Source: the human T2T-CHM13v2.0 reference genome, Homo sapiens
NCBI RefSeq assembly: GCF_009914755.1
Contig: NC_060928.1
Length of the DNA stretch: 64,000 nucleotides
Strand: one strand, 5' to 3'
The position numbers and the translations under genes were made by a program. Position 1 is the first letter of the stretch. Every line of letters begins with the position of its first letter. The notes under the pieces were generated by a model. It saw nothing but the letters and a program-made list of their open reading frames with translations, did no database searches and was not told the origin of the DNA. Shown one piece after another: positions 61,608 to 64,000 of the stretch.

Positions 61608-64000
61608 TCTGTCTTCTCTTTTTATAGTAATTTCGACTAATAGGAAATGAGTTGCTATCTTCTGTTTTACTCATCATTACTACTTGGAGAAGCTATCATT
61701 TGGAGGGTTACAATGATTGAGAGTCTGTAGTTCTCAGAATATCCAGGTTAAAATTGATTAATTTAATAGACATAATTTTAGTTAGTAAACATTGATTTAT
61801 ATGTTATTGGCTAACATTGTGATGTTCCCTAGGAAGAAATCCAAGCCTTATTTGTCTTTGTGACTCAAATTAGTGCTAAATGCAAGGCTTCCCATAAGAT
61901 AGATACCTAATTTAAATATTCAAAATAACAACATCACACATGCTTAGCCTATTTCATACCATTTCTGAACCCATATAGATTCAGGACAAAACTGGCAATT
62001 CTTTCTAATGTGATACGGCATTATGTAGAAAAATCTCAGTAGCTACCAGTAATTTGGGAAAAAAACTCTTTAGCCATAAAATTAAGTCTGTTTCACAAAT
62101 ACAGTTTTCTGCTTCTTATGTTGCTGAATTTTAAAGGCTCACTTAGAGAACATAGATTTTCTTCTACTCCAGAATAGCAGGAGAGGGATTCTCTAAAAAT
62201 CTGGTTTAGTAAATTGCTGTACAGAATAAGAGCTTGACATTGGCAGTGAAAATCTTTGAATTATCAATGGCCTAATGTATATATTAATAATTACTTGTTA
62301 CTCAGACGGTGACATGAGTTGAAAGTTATAGTCTCTGGTATTAATAATTCTTATGATAAACATAAATGGCGTTTACTTGTGAAAAGTCAAATTTGAATCT
62401 AGTTCAACATAGGATTACTTATCATTTCTAATTTGCATAAAAGTTTTAAAATTTAATTTCACCTGAATTTTATTGTTATAAATTGGTTGTATTATATTTC
62501 AAATTACATGTGATCATAGATAGTTCAGCTCAGTAGATACAAATTTACTTAGAATTGTTATTTTCTATGCCAAGGATAAATTGTCTTAGAAAATATTAAG
62601 AGATACTGTAGTCTGTAGCAAGTAGTTCATTTGTAATTATATGATATTTTAATGTTACTTCAGTTTAATATTCATCTAAACATACATTCTTTTATTTTTT
62701 TATTTTTAAATTCAGCAATAGTCCTATTGCAATATAAACACGCATTCTTAAATCTGACACTAAACAAAAAATAGTCCTTTTTGTGGAATTAATAATAAGA
62801 GGAAGGTATTTTTGTTTAAGAGTCATTCAGTTGAAGGTATCCTGTTTAGGAGTCACTAAATTTTAGATTTCTTTTTTTTCAATTAATTTCAGTAATATGC
62901 TGGTTATCGAGCGGGTTATTGATGTTAGGAACAGAGATAAATATGCCTGGGCTCAAACACATATTCACACTACAGTGAGCATATTTACTCTGTTATCCCT
63001 ACTATAGGGATATTTAACATATACCTAACTATATTAAAAGGCATACTAAGTGCTTGATGGAGCTACAAAAAATATTGTGAAAGTGTGATAGAGAAAAATA
63101 TAAAGTTTTTCTAAGGATCAGGAAAGGCTTCTTGGAAGAGGTAGAATTTGAGTTTTAACTTTTAGTGGGGATAGGCAAATACGTTAAGCATAGGGAAATT
63201 GACCGAAAGTGAAAGCTATGATTCTGATTGGGGGAAAAAATGAATATGTATTTTTTGTTTATAACAAACAGCAATAAAATATTCATATGAAATAATTTTT
63301 ACAAATCTAGTTCTTTATGCTGAAGCAGCATGATTTATTATTTTCCTAATAAAAAGAATTTGCATGTGGTTTTAGAGGGTGGGAGGAGAGAGTTGAGTAC
63401 AATGTGTTTAAAACCCAACAATTTTCAATAATTGCTGCAATTTTCTGCCTGCTTAGTGAATGCCAACTGGAATCAGCATTACCTATGAAGTACAATGGTG
63501 GGTAATGTAGAGTGCCTTGCCCTAATTATCATGGTTTAAGCCTTTAGATAAAAAATGTATTCAAGCAAGTGTGTTTTTACTGTGTGCAGCCTATCAAGTG
63601 GAAAAGAGCATAGTTCTTAACAAGTTACAATACAGGAATTCTTACTAAGACTAAAATAACAAGCATGTTATTTAGTCAAGATAGTATTTTATCTATTTCC
63701 CTTGCTTTCAGAACTCATGCCTCCCCAGTTTTTAAGAAGACGTCCAAGAACTAAAATATTTGCCACTTATTTGACATTTTCCAGATTCCTATTGTATCTA
63801 AAGGTTCATAAATTATTCTTAACTACAGTTACAACTATCTAAAGAGCAAATAAATTTCTTTCATTCATGCTAGATACAGAAGACATGATTGTTGTTCTTG
63901 AACTTGTCGTTCTTGAACTTCAGGCTTTCATAATGCACTGTATTCGATAGCTTCACTAATATTAATAATTACAGTTTCACTAATATTAATAAGCCTCAAT

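Overview
This is AT-rich, CpG-depleted human genomic DNA; near-consensus copies of the human-specific Alu subfamilies Ya5 and Yb8 identify the species. It looks intergenic or deep-intronic. I found no protein-coding exon, CpG island, RNA gene or recognisable host gene. The supplied ORFs are either chance ORFs or read through Alu, L1, LTR or microsatellite sequence. The window is mostly transposon fossils: 14 Alus, a ~4.7-kb 5'-truncated L1PB, a short L1PA 3' end, about 15 MaLR/ERVL solo LTRs (several with intact 5-bp TSDs), the DNA transposons MER6 and MER1B, and degraded L2/MIR/L1M pieces. I cannot support a claim of a new biological system. The most unusual structures are (i) an inverted, apparently locally templated copy of part of the L1PB inserted back into the same L1, and (ii) a ~200-bp insertion at 25.2-25.4 kb that resembles a templated repair scar (21-bp flanking duplication, a copy of downstream DNA, a perfect snap-back hairpin). 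Also notable are two very young, possibly polymorphic Alus and a few repeat-free, motif-rich enhancer candidates. Subfamily names were recognised by eye from remembered consensus sequences and need RepeatMasker/Dfam confirmation; boundaries of old elements are approximate.
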